Below are positions 9,837 through 20,986 of a DNA stretch of 64,000 nt, piece after piece. The notes beneath the pieces were generated by a model. It saw nothing but the letters and a program-made list of their open reading frames with translations. It was not told where the DNA came from and did not search any database. The stretch is taken from assembly GCA_021800275.1 (NCBI GenBank), contig JAJYZB010000003.1, forward strand, positions 680-64,679. The letters run 5' to 3'. Within the stretch, counting starts at the first letter, position 1. Each line of letters starts with the position of its first letter. Made by a program: the position numbers and the translations under genes. The DNA comes from a bacterium. GTDB lineage: Bacteria; Vulcanimicrobiota; JABDET01.

Positions 9837-11069
9837 ATGGTCATGAGCTTAGAGGTTCAAAAATCTCAACAGGAAATCAGAACTCTATCCCAAGACTTGG
9901 CCACTAAATTTCTGCAAGTCGTTTACAAGAAGTTTGGATTTCATCTTAATTATTCAGAATCCTCTCTCTATATCAGCGATTATCTGCTAACCCTGTTTTT
10001 TAAAGAAAAACGTTCCTCTGATCTGGCTGCCAGCATTATTGGAAGTTATCTAGGAGAAGTCATCATCCAAAATCTAGGAGGAAAATGGGATCCTTCAAAT
10101 CTTTCCGTTGTAAAAATCGGCAGAATGAAAGGAACAGCTTATCCGTTTAAACAGGCTCGCCGAAGACTTGAGAAAGGATTTGGAGAATCTTTAATCCACT
10201 GGTATTCAAGATTAAAAATGCAATTTTGCCTGAATGGCGATTTTTCATGGAACGGGAACACAACAACTGATATTTATCGCTCTTTAATAGAACAGAATTG
10301 GGATCTCAAACTTTTAAATCGCCTCTTGAATGAATTAGAAAAACCTTATGTCAGGGAAGAAGCGGCATTCATTTTAAAAGAATTAAAAAGCCCCCGCACA
10401 GCTCCTGCTCTCACTGCTGGTTTACGCAAAAAACAAACTGCGTATTTCTGCTGCATAGCGCTCCAAGGAGTTCAAGCGCCTGAATCAACTCCTGTTCTGC
10501 AGAGTTTATGCGGCAGTGATGAAGATATTCCTTTACAGGTTCAAGCTGTCCAAGCACTGGGAAATCAGGGAAATGAAAAGATTGTCTCTTTTCTCCTCGA
10601 AAAGCTCTCTGAAAAGGACGAAGTCATTGGACATTACGCCTCCCAGGCTCTTGGAAAAATAGGAGGAGAAAAAGTTCTCACCTCCCTGCTTGAAATCATA
10701 CGAAATGGAAATAACAGAAAGAAAGTGCTTGCCATATCAGCTCTGGAATTGATAGGAAATACTGAATGCGTGCCTGATTTAATTCAATGCCTCCAAAGTA
10801 CTAATGAAGAAATACGCGCTGCTGCATCCCGCGCTTTTCAGTATATTCCTGACCTGAGAGCCTCTCGTTCTCTCCTTTCTCTCCTTTCAGATCCATCCAG
10901 TCAGATTCGAATTTTAGCAGCATACGCCTTAACTTTTATGGGTGAAAAGTCCGCTGTCGAATCTTTAAAAACCCTTTTGAAAGACTCAGTAAAAAACGTG
11001 CGGGATCATGCTTCTTACTTAATACCCCTTCTTGAAGCAGGAAAAAAACCCGCTGGATACTGCTGGTAA
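9837..11069 (+). CDS. HEAT-repeat (PBS-lyase-like) protein
   Basis: Repeated about 30-aa units with the ALG..G.E.AV..LL..L.D pattern (VQALGNQGNEKIVSFLLEKL, ASQALGKIGGEKVLTSLLEII, ISALELIGNTECVPDLIQCL, AAYALTFMGEKSAVESLKTLL). Confidence 0.6.
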   Translation: MVMSLEVQKSQQEIRTLSQDLATKFLQVVYKKFGFHLNYSESSLYISDYLLTLFFKEKRSSDLAASIIGSYLGEVIIQNLGGKWDPSNLSVVKIGRMKGTAYPFKQARRRLEKGFGESLIHWYSRLKMQFCLNGDFSWNGNTTTDIYRSLIEQNWDLKLLNRLLNELEKPYVREEAAFILKELKSPRTAPALTAGLRKKQTAYFCCIALQGVQAPESTPVLQSLCGSDEDIPLQVQAVQALGNQGNEKIVSFLLEKLSEKDEVIGHYASQALGKIGGEKVLTSLLEIIRNGNNRKKVLAISALELIGNTECVPDLIQCLQSTNEEIRAAASRAFQYIPDLRASRSLLSLLSDPSSQIRILAAYALTFMGEKSAVESLKTLLKDSVKNVRDHASYLIPLLEAGKKPAGYCW

Positions 11070-11072
11070 CTG

Positions 11073-12035
11073 ATGCATATTGTCGTAACAGGAGCATCGG
11101 GTTTTATTGGATCCCATTTCTGCAAAAAACTAATTCAAGAAGGTCATCAGGTAACAGGAATTGACAATTTTTTAACTTCCTCACCTAAAAACATAGAAGA
11201 TCTTTTGGGTGAAAATTTTACTTTTATCAAATATGATGTAACCCAGTTTGTCCATGTTCCTGGCAGAGTGGATGGGATCGTCCATTTAGCCAGCCCTGCC
11301 AGCCCGGTGGATTATTTAAAACATCCAATTCATACTCTAAAAGTCGGCTCCCTGGGCACCTTTCACCTGCTCGGGTTAGCTAAAGAAAAAAAAGCGCGTT
11401 TTCTGCTTGCTTCCACCTCTGAAATTTATGGGGACCCTCTGGTTCATCCCCAAATAGAATCTTACTGGGGAAATGTGAACCCTGTTGGGGTAAGGGGAGT
11501 CTATGATGAAGCCAAAAGATTTGGAGAAGCCATGGCAATGGCTTATAAAAGAACCCATGGATTAGATATTAAGATCGTAAGGATTTTCAATACTTACGGA
11601 CCAAAGATGAGGATAAATGATGGAAGAGTCGTGACGAATTTCATCAATCAAGCGCTTCTGGGAGAAAATCTTACCATTTATGGAACAGGAAAACAAACTC
11701 GATCGTTCTGCTATGTCTCAGATTTAGTAAATGGTTTGTACAAACTTCTGCTGTCAGAGCACCAGGGCCCCATGAATCTGGGAAACCCAAACGAAATGAC
11801 TGTGATGGATCTTGCCAAAATAATCGTAAAATTGACTGAGAGCAGCAGTAAAACAGTTTTTCATCCTCTGCCAGAAGATGATCCAAAAGAAAGAAAACCC
11901 GATATTTCTTTAGCAAAATCTGTTTTAAACTGGGAGCCAGTCATTCCTTTAGAAGAAGGATTAACAAAGACCATTCCATGGATTAAAAATCAAATTCAAA
12001 ACCAGACAGATCCTCAAAAAGTTTCTGTCCAATAG
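11073..12035 (+). CDS. NAD-dependent epimerase/dehydratase, UDP-glucuronate decarboxylase (UDP-xylose synthase)-like
   Basis: Rossmann motif [11 protein letters not shown], YxxxK region (YDEAKRFGE) and length/colinearity typical of UXS/ArnA-type extended SDRs. Confidence 0.75.
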   Translation: MHIVVTGASGFIGSHFCKKLIQEGHQVTGIDNFLTSSPKNIEDLLGENFTFIKYDVTQFVHVPGRVDGIVHLASPASPVDYLKHPIHTLKVGSLGTFHLLGLAKEKKARFLLASTSEIYGDPLVHPQIESYWGNVNPVGVRGVYDEAKRFGEAMAMAYKRTHGLDIKIVRIFNTYGPKMRINDGRVVTNFINQALLGENLTIYGTGKQTRSFCYVSDLVNGLYKLLLSEHQGPMNLGNPNEMTVMDLAKIIVKLTESSSKTVFHPLPEDDPKERKPDISLAKSVLNWEPVIPLEEGLTKTIPWIKNQIQNQTDPQKVSVQ

Positions 12036-12036
12036 A

Positions 12037-12864
12037 GTGATTATCCCCTCTTCACCTGTTGAATTTCCCGTCGCAGAAATTTTAGGCGTTCCTGTCCATC
12101 AAGTAACCATGGAGCAGACGATCCATCTAATTGGGAATCTGGTTAATTCAAAAAAATCTCATTTAATCGTGACTCTTGGCACTGAAATGATCATGGCTGT
12201 CAGAAAAAAAAACGAGTTGAATGAAATCCTTCAAAGAGCTTCTCTAATTGTTCCTGACGGAGGAGGGATTATCTGGGCAGCTAAAAGATTAGGAAAACCG
12301 TTAATGAAAAAACTTGCTGGGATTGAACTGATTGAAAAAATCTGTTCAATTTCTGGAGAAAACAACTGGAATCTTTTTTTTCTAGGGGGAAGACCAGGCA
12401 TCTCTGAAAAAGCCATTCAAAAATTAAAACAAAAATTCCCCAGCATGAAAGCTGTTGGAGCTCACCATGGCTATTTTAATCAAAACGAAATCTCTTCTAT
12501 TTTAAAAAAACAAAAAATTGATATCCTTTTTGCAGGGATGGGTTTTCCGCTTCAAGAGAAATGGATCCTGGAAAATATCGAATCCTTCAAAATTCCAGTT
12601 GGAATAGGAGTTGGTGGAAGTTTAGACGTCCTGAGTGGGGTTTTAAAAAGAGCTCCTGAGTGGATGATCCGCAGTAATTTAGAATGGTTATACCGTCTTC
12701 TTCAAGAGCCCAGAAGATGGAAAAGGATGATGACCATTCCTGAGTTTATGCTTATTATTTCCTTCCTCTCTCTGACGGGTTCCAAGAAAGGACGCTCCAC
12801 TTTGAATGCAGAAAATCTTTCGGATACAGGTAGGACAGAGAGCAAACCTAAAAAAGGGGAATAA
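12037..12864 (+). CDS. WecB/TagA/CpsF family glycosyltransferase
   Basis: Family-typical LIVTLGTE...PDGGGIIWAAK, FFLGGRPG and C-terminal EW(M)YRL.QEPRR(W)KR motifs. Confidence 0.75.
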   Translation: MIIPSSPVEFPVAEILGVPVHQVTMEQTIHLIGNLVNSKKSHLIVTLGTEMIMAVRKKNELNEILQRASLIVPDGGGIIWAAKRLGKPLMKKLAGIELIEKICSISGENNWNLFFLGGRPGISEKAIQKLKQKFPSMKAVGAHHGYFNQNEISSILKKQKIDILFAGMGFPLQEKWILENIESFKIPVGIGVGGSLDVLSGVLKRAPEWMIRSNLEWLYRLLQEPRRWKRMMTIPEFMLIISFLSLTGSKKGRSTLNAENLSDTGRTESKPKKGE

Positions 12865-12871
12865 AATTCAA

Positions 12872-13843
12872 ATGAAAGCAATGATTCTGGCTGCAGGGGA
12901 AGGAACAAGGCTCAAACCTCTCACTTATCAACTTCCAAAACCACTTGTTCCAATTCTGAACAAACCCGTGATGGCTCACGTTTTGTCCTGGCTTTCAAAA
13001 AATGATATTCAAGAAATCGTTATTAACACCCATTACATGGCTGATCAAATAGAATCTTATTTTAAAGATGGAGCAAAATTCAACGTTAAGATCCAATATT
13101 CTAGAGAAGAAAAACTTCTTGGAACAGCAGGAGGGGTAAAAAAAGTTGAATCCTTATTTCAAGAAACCTTCCTTGTCATTGGAGCAGACGATTTATCTGA
13201 TGTCAACCTGAAACAATTGATAAAATCACACAAACTAACCCGAGCTGTCGCAAGCATCGGATTAAAAGAAGTCGAAAAAACCGAACATTACGGGATCGTT
13301 GTAACAGATCCCACAGGTAAAATCTTGCAGTTCCAAGAAAAGCCACAGACTGACAAAACAGCAAGCCGTACAGCGAACACAGGGATTTATGTTTTTGAAC
13401 CTGAAATTTTCAATTTTATTCCCGAAAATGAAGTGTTTGATTTTGGCCGCCAGGTATTCCCTCTTCTACTGAAAAAAAATGCCCCTTTTTATGGATTCCC
13501 TGTAGAAGGTTATTGGTGTGACATCGGGTCTCTTGAGGAGTATAAAAACAGCCACTGGAGCATTTTAAGCGGAGAATGTAAAATTGATCTGGATGCTCCT
13601 CAAATTTCACCGCGAATCTGGATCTCCGAAGGCGCAAAAATCCACCCTGAAGCAGTGCTGCGCCCCCCCTGCTATGTTGGAAAAGGAACAGTTGTCGAAA
13701 AAGGGGCTGTTCTAGATCAGTATGTGGTTGCAGGGGAAAATGCGAGGATCGGAGCAAAGAGCCATTTGAATCGGACAATCTTATGGGATGAAACCGTTAT
13801 CCCTCCCGAAAAAATTTTAGAAAATTCTGTCATTGCAGAATAA
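12872..13843 (+). CDS. sugar-1-phosphate nucleotidyltransferase (mannose-1-P guanylyl- / glucose-1-P thymidylyltransferase-like) with C-terminal left-handed beta-helix
   Basis: N-terminal MKAMILAAGEGTRLKPLT...PKPLVPI signature of NTP-transferases; C-terminal hexapeptide-like repeats; ATG at 12872 after an AAAAAGGGGA RBS (track ORF extends upstream in-frame). Confidence 0.75.
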   Translation: MKAMILAAGEGTRLKPLTYQLPKPLVPILNKPVMAHVLSWLSKNDIQEIVINTHYMADQIESYFKDGAKFNVKIQYSREEKLLGTAGGVKKVESLFQETFLVIGADDLSDVNLKQLIKSHKLTRAVASIGLKEVEKTEHYGIVVTDPTGKILQFQEKPQTDKTASRTANTGIYVFEPEIFNFIPENEVFDFGRQVFPLLLKKNAPFYGFPVEGYWCDIGSLEEYKNSHWSILSGECKIDLDAPQISPRIWISEGAKIHPEAVLRPPCYVGKGTVVEKGAVLDQYVVAGENARIGAKSHLNRTILWDETVIPPEKILENSVIAE

Positions 13844-13849
13844 AACCTG

Positions 13850-14791
13850 TCAAATATGTTCAAGTTTCCGCACAATGTGAAATCTTTCTCTCTGGTATCC
13901 CCATTTATCCATGTAAGTCTCATAACCAGGGGGAAGATTCACAACCAGATAACCTTGATTAGAGCGCTCGCAGATTTCTCTCATTTTTTCAAGAAGTCGC
14001 TGAACAAGACCTGTTTCCCAAACAGATTTCTCAAGAGAAATATCCAGAACAACACCTTGTATCTCGCCAGTTGAGGCTTCTGCTTGGTTTAAAGCCAGGA
14101 CCGCATAACAAAATTCTTCTTTTCTCGCAGCGGTTAAAATGCCAACTCTATGAAGATTCAAAAGCTGCCTTAATTCATAAACCCACTGATTCTTTAAATT
14201 TAAAATTTCATTTTGAGAATAATGCATCCATTCAGGAAATCTCAAGGGATAATTTTTCTCCAAAGGGCGTATCACCTGTTCCAAATTTTCAGTTGCCTGA
14301 TAACTGACTCTTTCTAAATTAAAAACGCCAGATTCCTCTGAGGCAAACGGTTCTTTTGAGGATTTTACCCACTGATATCCTGCCGTTTTAAACTTAGCAA
14401 AACGAAGCGCTGTTTTAAGGCTTCTACTGTTGGTGACAGTCACAGATGCGCCAAGCCACTGATAATCTACAGGTACATTTCTGCAGGCTTCATCTAAAAG
14501 AGAAGCCCAATAAAATCCCCCTCTGTATTTTTCCAGGATTCCAATTTCGATTAGAAAGGCTTGAAAAATTAAGAAAATCGGGTTTCGATCTCTTAATTCC
14601 ACAATACAGTAACCTGCAAATTCTTCTTTCTCCGCTTCCCACAAAGAAAAAGAAAAAAAAGAAGGATCAAACTGTAAAATTTTTTCCAACTGTTCAACAG
14701 CATGATGGATGGTGGATTGAAATTCGGCGTCTGAAACTGAGCGAGTTGCAGGCCTGGAAAAGGCTTGAAATTCCTCTATCATGGGTTTCAA
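13850..14791 (-). CDS. hypothetical protein (possible tandem GNAT-like fold)
   Basis: 313-aa ORF convergent with the upstream gene; two segments weakly resemble the acetyltransferase beta-strand/GxG region; no confident family call. Confidence 0.4.
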   Translation of the reverse strand: MKPMIEEFQAFSRPATRSVSDAEFQSTIHHAVEQLEKILQFDPSFFSFSLWEAEKEEFAGYCIVELRDRNPIFLIFQAFLIEIGILEKYRGGFYWASLLDEACRNVPVDYQWLGASVTVTNSRSLKTALRFAKFKTAGYQWVKSSKEPFASEESGVFNLERVSYQATENLEQVIRPLEKNYPLRFPEWMHYSQNEILNLKNQWVYELRQLLNLHRVGILTAARKEEFCYAVLALNQAEASTGEIQGVVLDISLEKSVWETGLVQRLLEKMREICERSNQGYLVVNLPPGYETYMDKWGYQRERFHIVRKLEHI

Positions 14792-14832
14792 AAAAACCCA
14801 ATCTTTTTTCTCTGTCCTTCGAACTTCGAGTC

Positions 14833-17307
14833 TTATTCTTCTTCCTCGTCTTCTTCTAGATGAGCAAGAGCTGTCACTTCATCCTCTTCATCCAGACGAA
14901 TAATTCGAACCCCCTGGGTATCCCTTCCAATTCGTGAAATTCCATTCACTAATATTCGAATGAGTTGTCCATTTTTAGTAATGACCATCACTTCATCGTC
15001 TTCATTCACGGCTTCTACTCCAATAACAAAGCCTGTTTTGTCATTCACCTTGATGTTTTTTACCCCGACTCCTCCGCGTCCTTGAACTCGATACAGCTCC
15101 AAATCGGACCTTTTTCCATAACCATTGGAAGTCACAACCAGAACCTCTTTTTTCCCTCTTAAACTATCCATTGCAACCACGCCATCATCACTTCTCAATC
15201 GAACACCTCGCACCCCTTGGGTTCGGCGGCCCGTTGGGCGAACCAGCTTTTCATCAAAACGAATAGCAAGCCCATCTCTGGTCCCCAGCAGCACTTCCTC
15301 TTCCCCATCAGTCAACTGTACCCCAATTAAACTGTCCTCTTCATCCAGCTTAATTCCCATCAACCCTGTTCTAAAAATATTCGTATATTCGGTAATGGAA
15401 GTTTTTTTCACCTGCCCATTTTTTGTCGCCATAAAAAGATAATGTTCTGTGTCAAAAGACTTTACAGGAAAAACTGAAGCAATCTTTTCTTCCTTTGGAA
15501 TTTCAAGCAAATTGACAATAGCTGTTCCTTTTGCCTGCCTTCCTGCCTCTGGAAGTTCATGCACTTTTAACCTGAAAACTCTCCCTGTTCCAGTGAAAAT
15601 CATTAAATAATCATGGGTATCAGCCACAAACATGTGTTCAATAAAGTCTTCTGTTTTTAAGCCAACTCCTTGAACTCCTTTTCCACCTCTCCTCTGACTT
15701 CTGTAAGTATCCAGAGGAATTCGCTTAATATAGCCTGAATGAGACACAGTAACTACCATGTCCTCATGGGGGAGCAGATCCTCTACCTGAAAGTCAACTG
15801 GGGTTTCATCAATAATTTGAGTTTTCCGAGAGTCCCCGAACTTCTCTTTCAATTCTAAAATCTCTTTTTTTATGACGGCTAGAATCTCGGTTGAGCTGCT
15901 TAAAATTTTCTCCAAATTCTTAATGATGATTAAAAGCTCTTTATGCTCTTCTTGAATCTTCTTTCTCTCCAAACCAGTTAATCTCTGGAGCCTCATATCT
16001 AAAATCCCAGCCGCCTGGGCTTCTGATAGTTTGAAGCGGTTCGTTAGCTTTTCCCGGGCTTCTTGCGGATCGTTGGAATTTCTAATCAAAGCGATGACTT
16101 CATCTAGATGATCTAGAGCTATCAAGAGACCTTCTAACAAATGAGCTCTTTCTTTCGCCTTTTTTAACTCAAACTGGGTCCTTCGATAAACGACTTGATA
16201 GCGGTGTTTCAAATATTCTGAAATAATCTCTTTCAACGTTAAAATTCGAGGCACTCCATCTACTAACGCCAACATGATGACCCCAAAATTAGCCTGCAGA
16301 TCCGTATGTTTAAACAGTTGGTTTAAAACAATTTGAGGAATTGCGTCAGTTCTAAGCTCAATGACAATTCTCATCCCGTGCCGATCCGATTCATCCCGAA
16401 TGTCGCTGATTCCGTTAATCTTTTTATCTCTCACCAGTTCAGCGATCGTTTCAATCAATCGGGCTTTATTGACTTGATAAGGGATTTCAGTAATCACAAT
16501 TGACTCGTGTCTCCCTTTTTTCTGTTCAAAATCGGTTTTAGCCCTCATGGTGATAGAACCTCTGCCAGTCAAAAGTGCCTGACGGATCCCTTCTCTTCCC
16601 ATAATGAGCCCGGCTGTTGGAAAATCAGGTCCAGGAATATATTTTAATAGCTCCTCCCCTTCAATATCAAGTTGAAAACGAATCTCTAATCCTGCGCCTG
16701 AAATTTTAGTTTTGTCAATCGCTGCGCAAATTCCATCCACCACTTCTCCGAGGTTATGAGGAGGCATGTTGGTAGCCATTCCAACCGCGATGCCAGAGGA
16801 ACCATTAATCAGCAAATTGGGTAATTTTGCGGGAAGAATAACCGGCTCTTCATGATTGTTGTCAAAGTTTGGTCTAAAATCAACGGTTTCTTTATCCAAA
16901 TCTTCCAATAAAGTCATTGCAATTTTAGAAAGTCGCGCTTCAGTATAACGATATGCGGCGGGTGGATCCCCATCAACAGAACCAAAATTTCCATGGCCTT
17001 CCACAAGAGGATATCGCATGGAAAAATTCTGAGCCATGCGAACCAGAGCATCATAAACCGCCATGTCTCCATGAGGATGATACTTGCCGATCACATCTCC
17101 TACAACAGTCGCGCTCTTTTTAAAAGGCTTATCAGGGGTTAACCCTAAATTGTCCATGGAGTAAAGAATGCGGCGGTGAACTGGTTTTAATCCATCTCTC
17201 ACATCTGGCAGAGCCCTGGAAACAATAACACTCATGGCGTAATCCAGGTAAGATACTTTCATTTCATCTGAAATACGAATAGGAAGAATCGTTTGAGCAA
17301 TCGTCAT
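14833..17307 (-). CDS. gyrA: DNA gyrase subunit A
   Basis: N-terminal [27 protein letters not shown], GyrA-box QRRGGKG in the C-terminal beta-pinwheel, acidic C-terminal tail EEDEEEE. Confidence 0.9.
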   Translation of the reverse strand: MTIAQTILPIRISDEMKVSYLDYAMSVIVSRALPDVRDGLKPVHRRILYSMDNLGLTPDKPFKKSATVVGDVIGKYHPHGDMAVYDALVRMAQNFSMRYPLVEGHGNFGSVDGDPPAAYRYTEARLSKIAMTLLEDLDKETVDFRPNFDNNHEEPVILPAKLPNLLINGSSGIAVGMATNMPPHNLGEVVDGICAAIDKTKISGAGLEIRFQLDIEGEELLKYIPGPDFPTAGLIMGREGIRQALLTGRGSITMRAKTDFEQKKGRHESIVITEIPYQVNKARLIETIAELVRDKKINGISDIRDESDRHGMRIVIELRTDAIPQIVLNQLFKHTDLQANFGVIMLALVDGVPRILTLKEIISEYLKHRYQVVYRRTQFELKKAKERAHLLEGLLIALDHLDEVIALIRNSNDPQEAREKLTNRFKLSEAQAAGILDMRLQRLTGLERKKIQEEHKELLIIIKNLEKILSSSTEILAVIKKEILELKEKFGDSRKTQIIDETPVDFQVEDLLPHEDMVVTVSHSGYIKRIPLDTYRSQRRGGKGVQGVGLKTEDFIEHMFVADTHDYLMIFTGTGRVFRLKVHELPEAGRQAKGTAIVNLLEIPKEEKIASVFPVKSFDTEHYLFMATKNGQVKKTSITEYTNIFRTGLMGIKLDEEDSLIGVQLTDGEEEVLLGTRDGLAIRFDEKLVRPTGRRTQGVRGVRLRSDDGVVAMDSLRGKKEVLVVTSNGYGKRSDLELYRVQGRGGVGVKNIKVNDKTGFVIGVEAVNEDDEVMVITKNGQLIRILVNGISRIGRDTQGVRIIRLDEEDEVTALAHLEEDEEEE

Positions 17308-17322
17308 TGGAAAAACTCCTCG

Positions 17323-18558
17323 CTAAATTTTTACAACTTCTTTTCTCCCATAATGGGAATTGATGTAGTCATTCAAAATTTTAATGAACTCTTGTACAAT
17401 GCCGTTTCCTTTTAAGGTAGTGTATAGTTTGCCATCCATAAAAACAGGAGCTTTAGGTTCTTCCCCTGTTCCAGGCAGAGAAATTCCAATATGCGCATGT
17501 TTAGATTCTCCTGGACCATTCACAACGCAGCCCATGACAGCGACTTTCATTTCTTCAATCCCATGATACTCTTTTTTCCAAATCGGCATCTGGGCTTTAA
17601 GGTACTCCTGGATTTCATGCGCCATCTCTTGAAAAAAGGTGCTGGTTGTCCTCCCGCAGCCTGGACAGGCGCTGACTTGCGGATTAAAAGCGCGAATTTC
17701 TAAAGACTGCAAAATCTGCTGTCCAACTCTAACCTCTTCTGAGCGATCCCCTCCTGGAGCAGGAGTCAAACTAATCCGAATGGTATCCCCTATCCCTTCC
17801 TGCAGCAAAATCGCCAGGGCTGCTGTACTGGCAACAATTCCTTTTGTTCCCATTCCCGCCTCTGTTAAACCAAGGTGAAGAGGGTAATCGCACCTTCGTG
17901 ATAGAGATCTATAAGCATCCACTAAATCCTGAACCCCTGACAACTTTGCGCTTAAAGTAATGCGATTATGGGGAAGGCCATGTTTTTCAGCCAGATCCGC
18001 TGATCTAACAGCAGATTCAACCATGGCATCAAGAGTCACTTCCCTAGCTTCTTTAGGTTTCAAAGCTCGAGCATTTTCATCCATGAGCTGAGTCAGCAGC
18101 TCATGGTCAAGCGAACCCCAGTTCACCCCAATTCTAACAGGTTTTTCATATCGAACTGCAAGCTCGACAATTTTTAAAAAATTTTCGTCTCTTCTTTTTC
18201 CCGTACCGACATTACCCGGATTGATTCGATATTTATCCAGCAATTTCGCTGTTTCAGGGTATTCACTTAAGAGAATGTGCCCATTGTAATGGAAATCCCC
18301 AATAATAGGGACTGAATACCCCATGTCTCTCACCCTTTTTACCATTGCAGGGACGACTTGAGCGGCTTCTTTCGTGTTAACTGTAACTCGAACCAATTCC
18401 GAGCCGGCTTTTGCCAGAGCAGCAACTTGTTTGGCTGTTGCCTCTAGATCAGCAGTATCTGTATTGGTCATCGCCTGAACCCGAATTGGATTGTCTGCGC
18501 CAATCCCGATTTCCCCAATCCTAACTTCAACCGTTTTCTTTCTTTTAATACAAGCCAT
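17323..18558 (-). CDS. ispG: 4-hydroxy-3-methylbut-2-enyl diphosphate synthase (flavodoxin)
   Basis: N-terminal [30 protein letters not shown] and C-terminal Fe-S cluster motif CPGCGRT are typical IspG/GcpE. Confidence 0.85.
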   Translation of the reverse strand: MACIKRKKTVEVRIGEIGIGADNPIRVQAMTNTDTADLEATAKQVAALAKAGSELVRVTVNTKEAAQVVPAMVKRVRDMGYSVPIIGDFHYNGHILLSEYPETAKLLDKYRINPGNVGTGKRRDENFLKIVELAVRYEKPVRIGVNWGSLDHELLTQLMDENARALKPKEAREVTLDAMVESAVRSADLAEKHGLPHNRITLSAKLSGVQDLVDAYRSLSRRCDYPLHLGLTEAGMGTKGIVASTAALAILLQEGIGDTIRISLTPAPGGDRSEEVRVGQQILQSLEIRAFNPQVSACPGCGRTTSTFFQEMAHEIQEYLKAQMPIWKKEYHGIEEMKVAVMGCVVNGPGESKHAHIGISLPGTGEEPKAPVFMDGKLYTTLKGNGIVQEFIKILNDYINSHYGRKEVVKI

Positions 18559-18682
18559 TTTATAAGAATAATTCGCTATTTTCCGATTTTCCCCCTTTTG
18601 TTCATAAGACGTTCCCAGACGAACAGCCGTTCCATGAACATCGAATCCTGCTTTAGAATTACTTTCATTAGACTATGTTCGC

Positions 18683-19864
18683 TTATAAAGTTAAAAATCG
18701 CTCGTCTGGATCGAAAAGTCGTTTGTGTTCATTCAGGGCAAAGTGATCGGTCATTCCAACGATATAATCGCACACGACTCTTTTTAAAGATGAAGAACCA
18801 ATCCTTTTTTGAATGTGGGGAGGGAGCTGCTCAGGCACGTCAACATAAGTATTGAACAGATCATGCACAATTCTCTTTCCCTTTTCATTCATCTGAATGA
18901 CTTTATAATGACGATACAACTTCTCTTTCAAAAACAACCTCAATTCTTCATGCATTTTTCCCATTTCTTCCGAAAATTGAACCAAAGAAGTTTTCGCGTT
19001 CCGCACATCCTCAAGGGTTTTAATTTTCAATCTTTCCAGGTTTTCCGCAGTGGTTTGAATCAAATCGCCCATTTCAGCATTGATCATGGTTTTGATAGTT
19101 TCATGGATCAAGCTGCGAATGTGTCCATCTGTAAAATCATCTTTTACTTGACGGCAGCAGCGATTCCAGAGAGATACTTCCTTTAAATCCCCCAATTCAA
19201 TCATTCTGGATCTCAAGGCATCATCCAGGTCATGATTGGAATATGCAATTTCATCACTTTTATCTACGACAAGGGTTTCAAGAGTTGGAGCTTTCTCGAT
19301 TTCGTATTCTTGAATTTCTACGCAAAACGGAAGAAGTGTATGTTTAACAATTCCTTCACGAACTTCAAAGGTTAAATTTAAGCCTGGAAATTGGGGATAT
19401 CTATCTTCTAAAACTTCAACAATTCGCAGTCCCTGCAGATTGTGGTTAAACCCACCCTCCTCTTTCAACAGGTGATTCATCACCTGTTCTCCTGAGTGAC
19501 CAAACGGTGGGTGTCCAATATCATGAGCCAATGCTAGAACTTCACATAAATCTTCATTCAGCTTTAAAACACGAGCTGCGGTTCGAGCAATCTGGGCTGT
19601 TTCAAGGGAGTGGGTCAATCGTGTTCTATAATAGTCCCCTTCATGATAAATAAAAACTTGCGTTTTATATTCCAGCCTTCTGAATGCAGAGGAATGAATA
19701 ATTCGGTCTCGATCTCTCTGGAAAGCTGTGCGGTAAGAATGTTCTTTTTCAGAATACTTCCTTCCACGGCTTCTGCTGGAAAACACAGAGTATCCGGCCA
19801 GGATCTTGTTTTCATGGTCCTCCAATTCTTCGCGAAAAGCTAAACCCAACTCAGCAGGTTTCAT
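18683..19864 (-). CDS. dgt: dGTP triphosphohydrolase-like HD-domain phosphohydrolase
   Basis: HD motif region HSLETAQIAR...LAHDIGHPPFGHSGE characteristic of the dGTPase family. Confidence 0.8.
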   Translation of the reverse strand: MKPAELGLAFREELEDHENKILAGYSVFSSRSRGRKYSEKEHSYRTAFQRDRDRIIHSSAFRRLEYKTQVFIYHEGDYYRTRLTHSLETAQIARTAARVLKLNEDLCEVLALAHDIGHPPFGHSGEQVMNHLLKEEGGFNHNLQGLRIVEVLEDRYPQFPGLNLTFEVREGIVKHTLLPFCVEIQEYEIEKAPTLETLVVDKSDEIAYSNHDLDDALRSRMIELGDLKEVSLWNRCCRQVKDDFTDGHIRSLIHETIKTMINAEMGDLIQTTAENLERLKIKTLEDVRNAKTSLVQFSEEMGKMHEELRLFLKEKLYRHYKVIQMNEKGKRIVHDLFNTYVDVPEQLPPHIQKRIGSSSLKRVVCDYIVGMTDHFALNEHKRLFDPDERFLTL

Positions 19865-20979
19865 TGTATTAAAGAAGTCCTCTCATATTCAATGTTTAAC
19901 AGCAAAGCGATACAGATGAGATTAACGATCAAACTTGTTCCCGCCGAACTAATAAATGGAAGCGGTATCCCAGTAATCGGCATAATCCCAATGGTCATTC
20001 CGATATTGATAACAATGTGGACTAAAAACAGGGAAACAATACCACAGGCTAATAGTTTTCCCAGTTTATCTTCTGTTTCCAGCGCAATTTTAGTCCCGTA
20101 CCAGAGGATGGAAAAATACAGCAACAGCAAGAAAAAAGACCCTATCCATCCCAACTGCTCTGCAACCACAGTAAAAATAAAATCTGTGGCATGCTGCGGC
20201 ACAAACTGGAGAGTTGTCTGGCCGCCTTGAAAAAGTCCTTTTCCCAGCACTCTTCCAGATCCTACCGCAATTAAAGCCTGGATCAAATTCCATCCGCTTC
20301 CTGTTGGGTGTTTGAAAGGATGCAAAAATCCTAGCAGTCTTTCCCACTGATAGGGTTTCATAACTTTAAACATGCCTGCAGCACCTGCAGCAATTGTGCC
20401 TAAAAGATACAAAGGATTAACTCCTGCAAAAAATGAGATAAAAAGAAAAAGAGAAGCTAAAAGAATAGACGTTCCCATGTCAGGCTGTATTAAAACTAAA
20501 AAAAGGGGGAAAATAGTTAAAATACCCGCTTTCAAAAAAGCCATTAAACCGGATGGATTTTCCTGCTCCGAAAAAAAAACACACAAAGCAAGGATCAGGG
20601 CTAATTTAGCAACTTCAGAGGGTTCAAAACTTAAGGCTCCAATTCCAATCCATCTCTGAGAACCATAAGCAGAATGCCCTTTTAGGCGCACTGCCAGCAG
20701 GAGTAAAATAGAAATGCCATAAAAAAAATAACTCAAACGAATGGACACAGGAAATTTTTTAAACGTAAAATCCCATTTGCAAATTTTTTTATACCCCAGA
20801 ATAAAAACAACAGACGCTGACAATGAGCCCACGAAAAAAGCGAGGAGTTGTTTTCCCGCAGTCGAAAATCCAAAATCTCTATAAGTAGCTGTGTAAATCA
20901 TTAAAATTCCGAAAGCGGCTAAAAGTAGAGTTGACAGAACAATAATCCAATTTATTCGGGAGTACCAGGGTTTGTACAT
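19861..20979 (-). CDS. SEDS family peptidoglycan glycosyltransferase (RodA/FtsW)
   Basis: Polytopic membrane protein with the FtsW/RodA/SpoVE pattern (YQxERL, GSGW, PxxxTDFIF); overlaps the dgt start by 4 nt. Confidence 0.75.
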   Translation of the reverse strand: MYKPWYSRINWIIVLSTLLLAAFGILMIYTATYRDFGFSTAGKQLLAFFVGSLSASVVFILGYKKICKWDFTFKKFPVSIRLSYFFYGISILLLLAVRLKGHSAYGSQRWIGIGALSFEPSEVAKLALILALCVFFSEQENPSGLMAFLKAGILTIFPLFLVLIQPDMGTSILLASLFLFISFFAGVNPLYLLGTIAAGAAGMFKVMKPYQWERLLGFLHPFKHPTGSGWNLIQALIAVGSGRVLGKGLFQGGQTTLQFVPQHATDFIFTVVAEQLGWIGSFFLLLLYFSILWYGTKIALETEDKLGKLLACGIVSLFLVHIVINIGMTIGIMPITGIPLPFISSAGTSLIVNLICIALLLNIEYERTSLIQ

Positions 20980-20986
20980 TGAATTT

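Noticed and set aside
14446-14859. 137-aa plus-strand ORF containing a poly-lysine run (KKKKKKK)
   Set aside because: Antisense to the 13850..14791 gene; the K-run comes from an A/G homopolymeric tract and the ORF has no start context.
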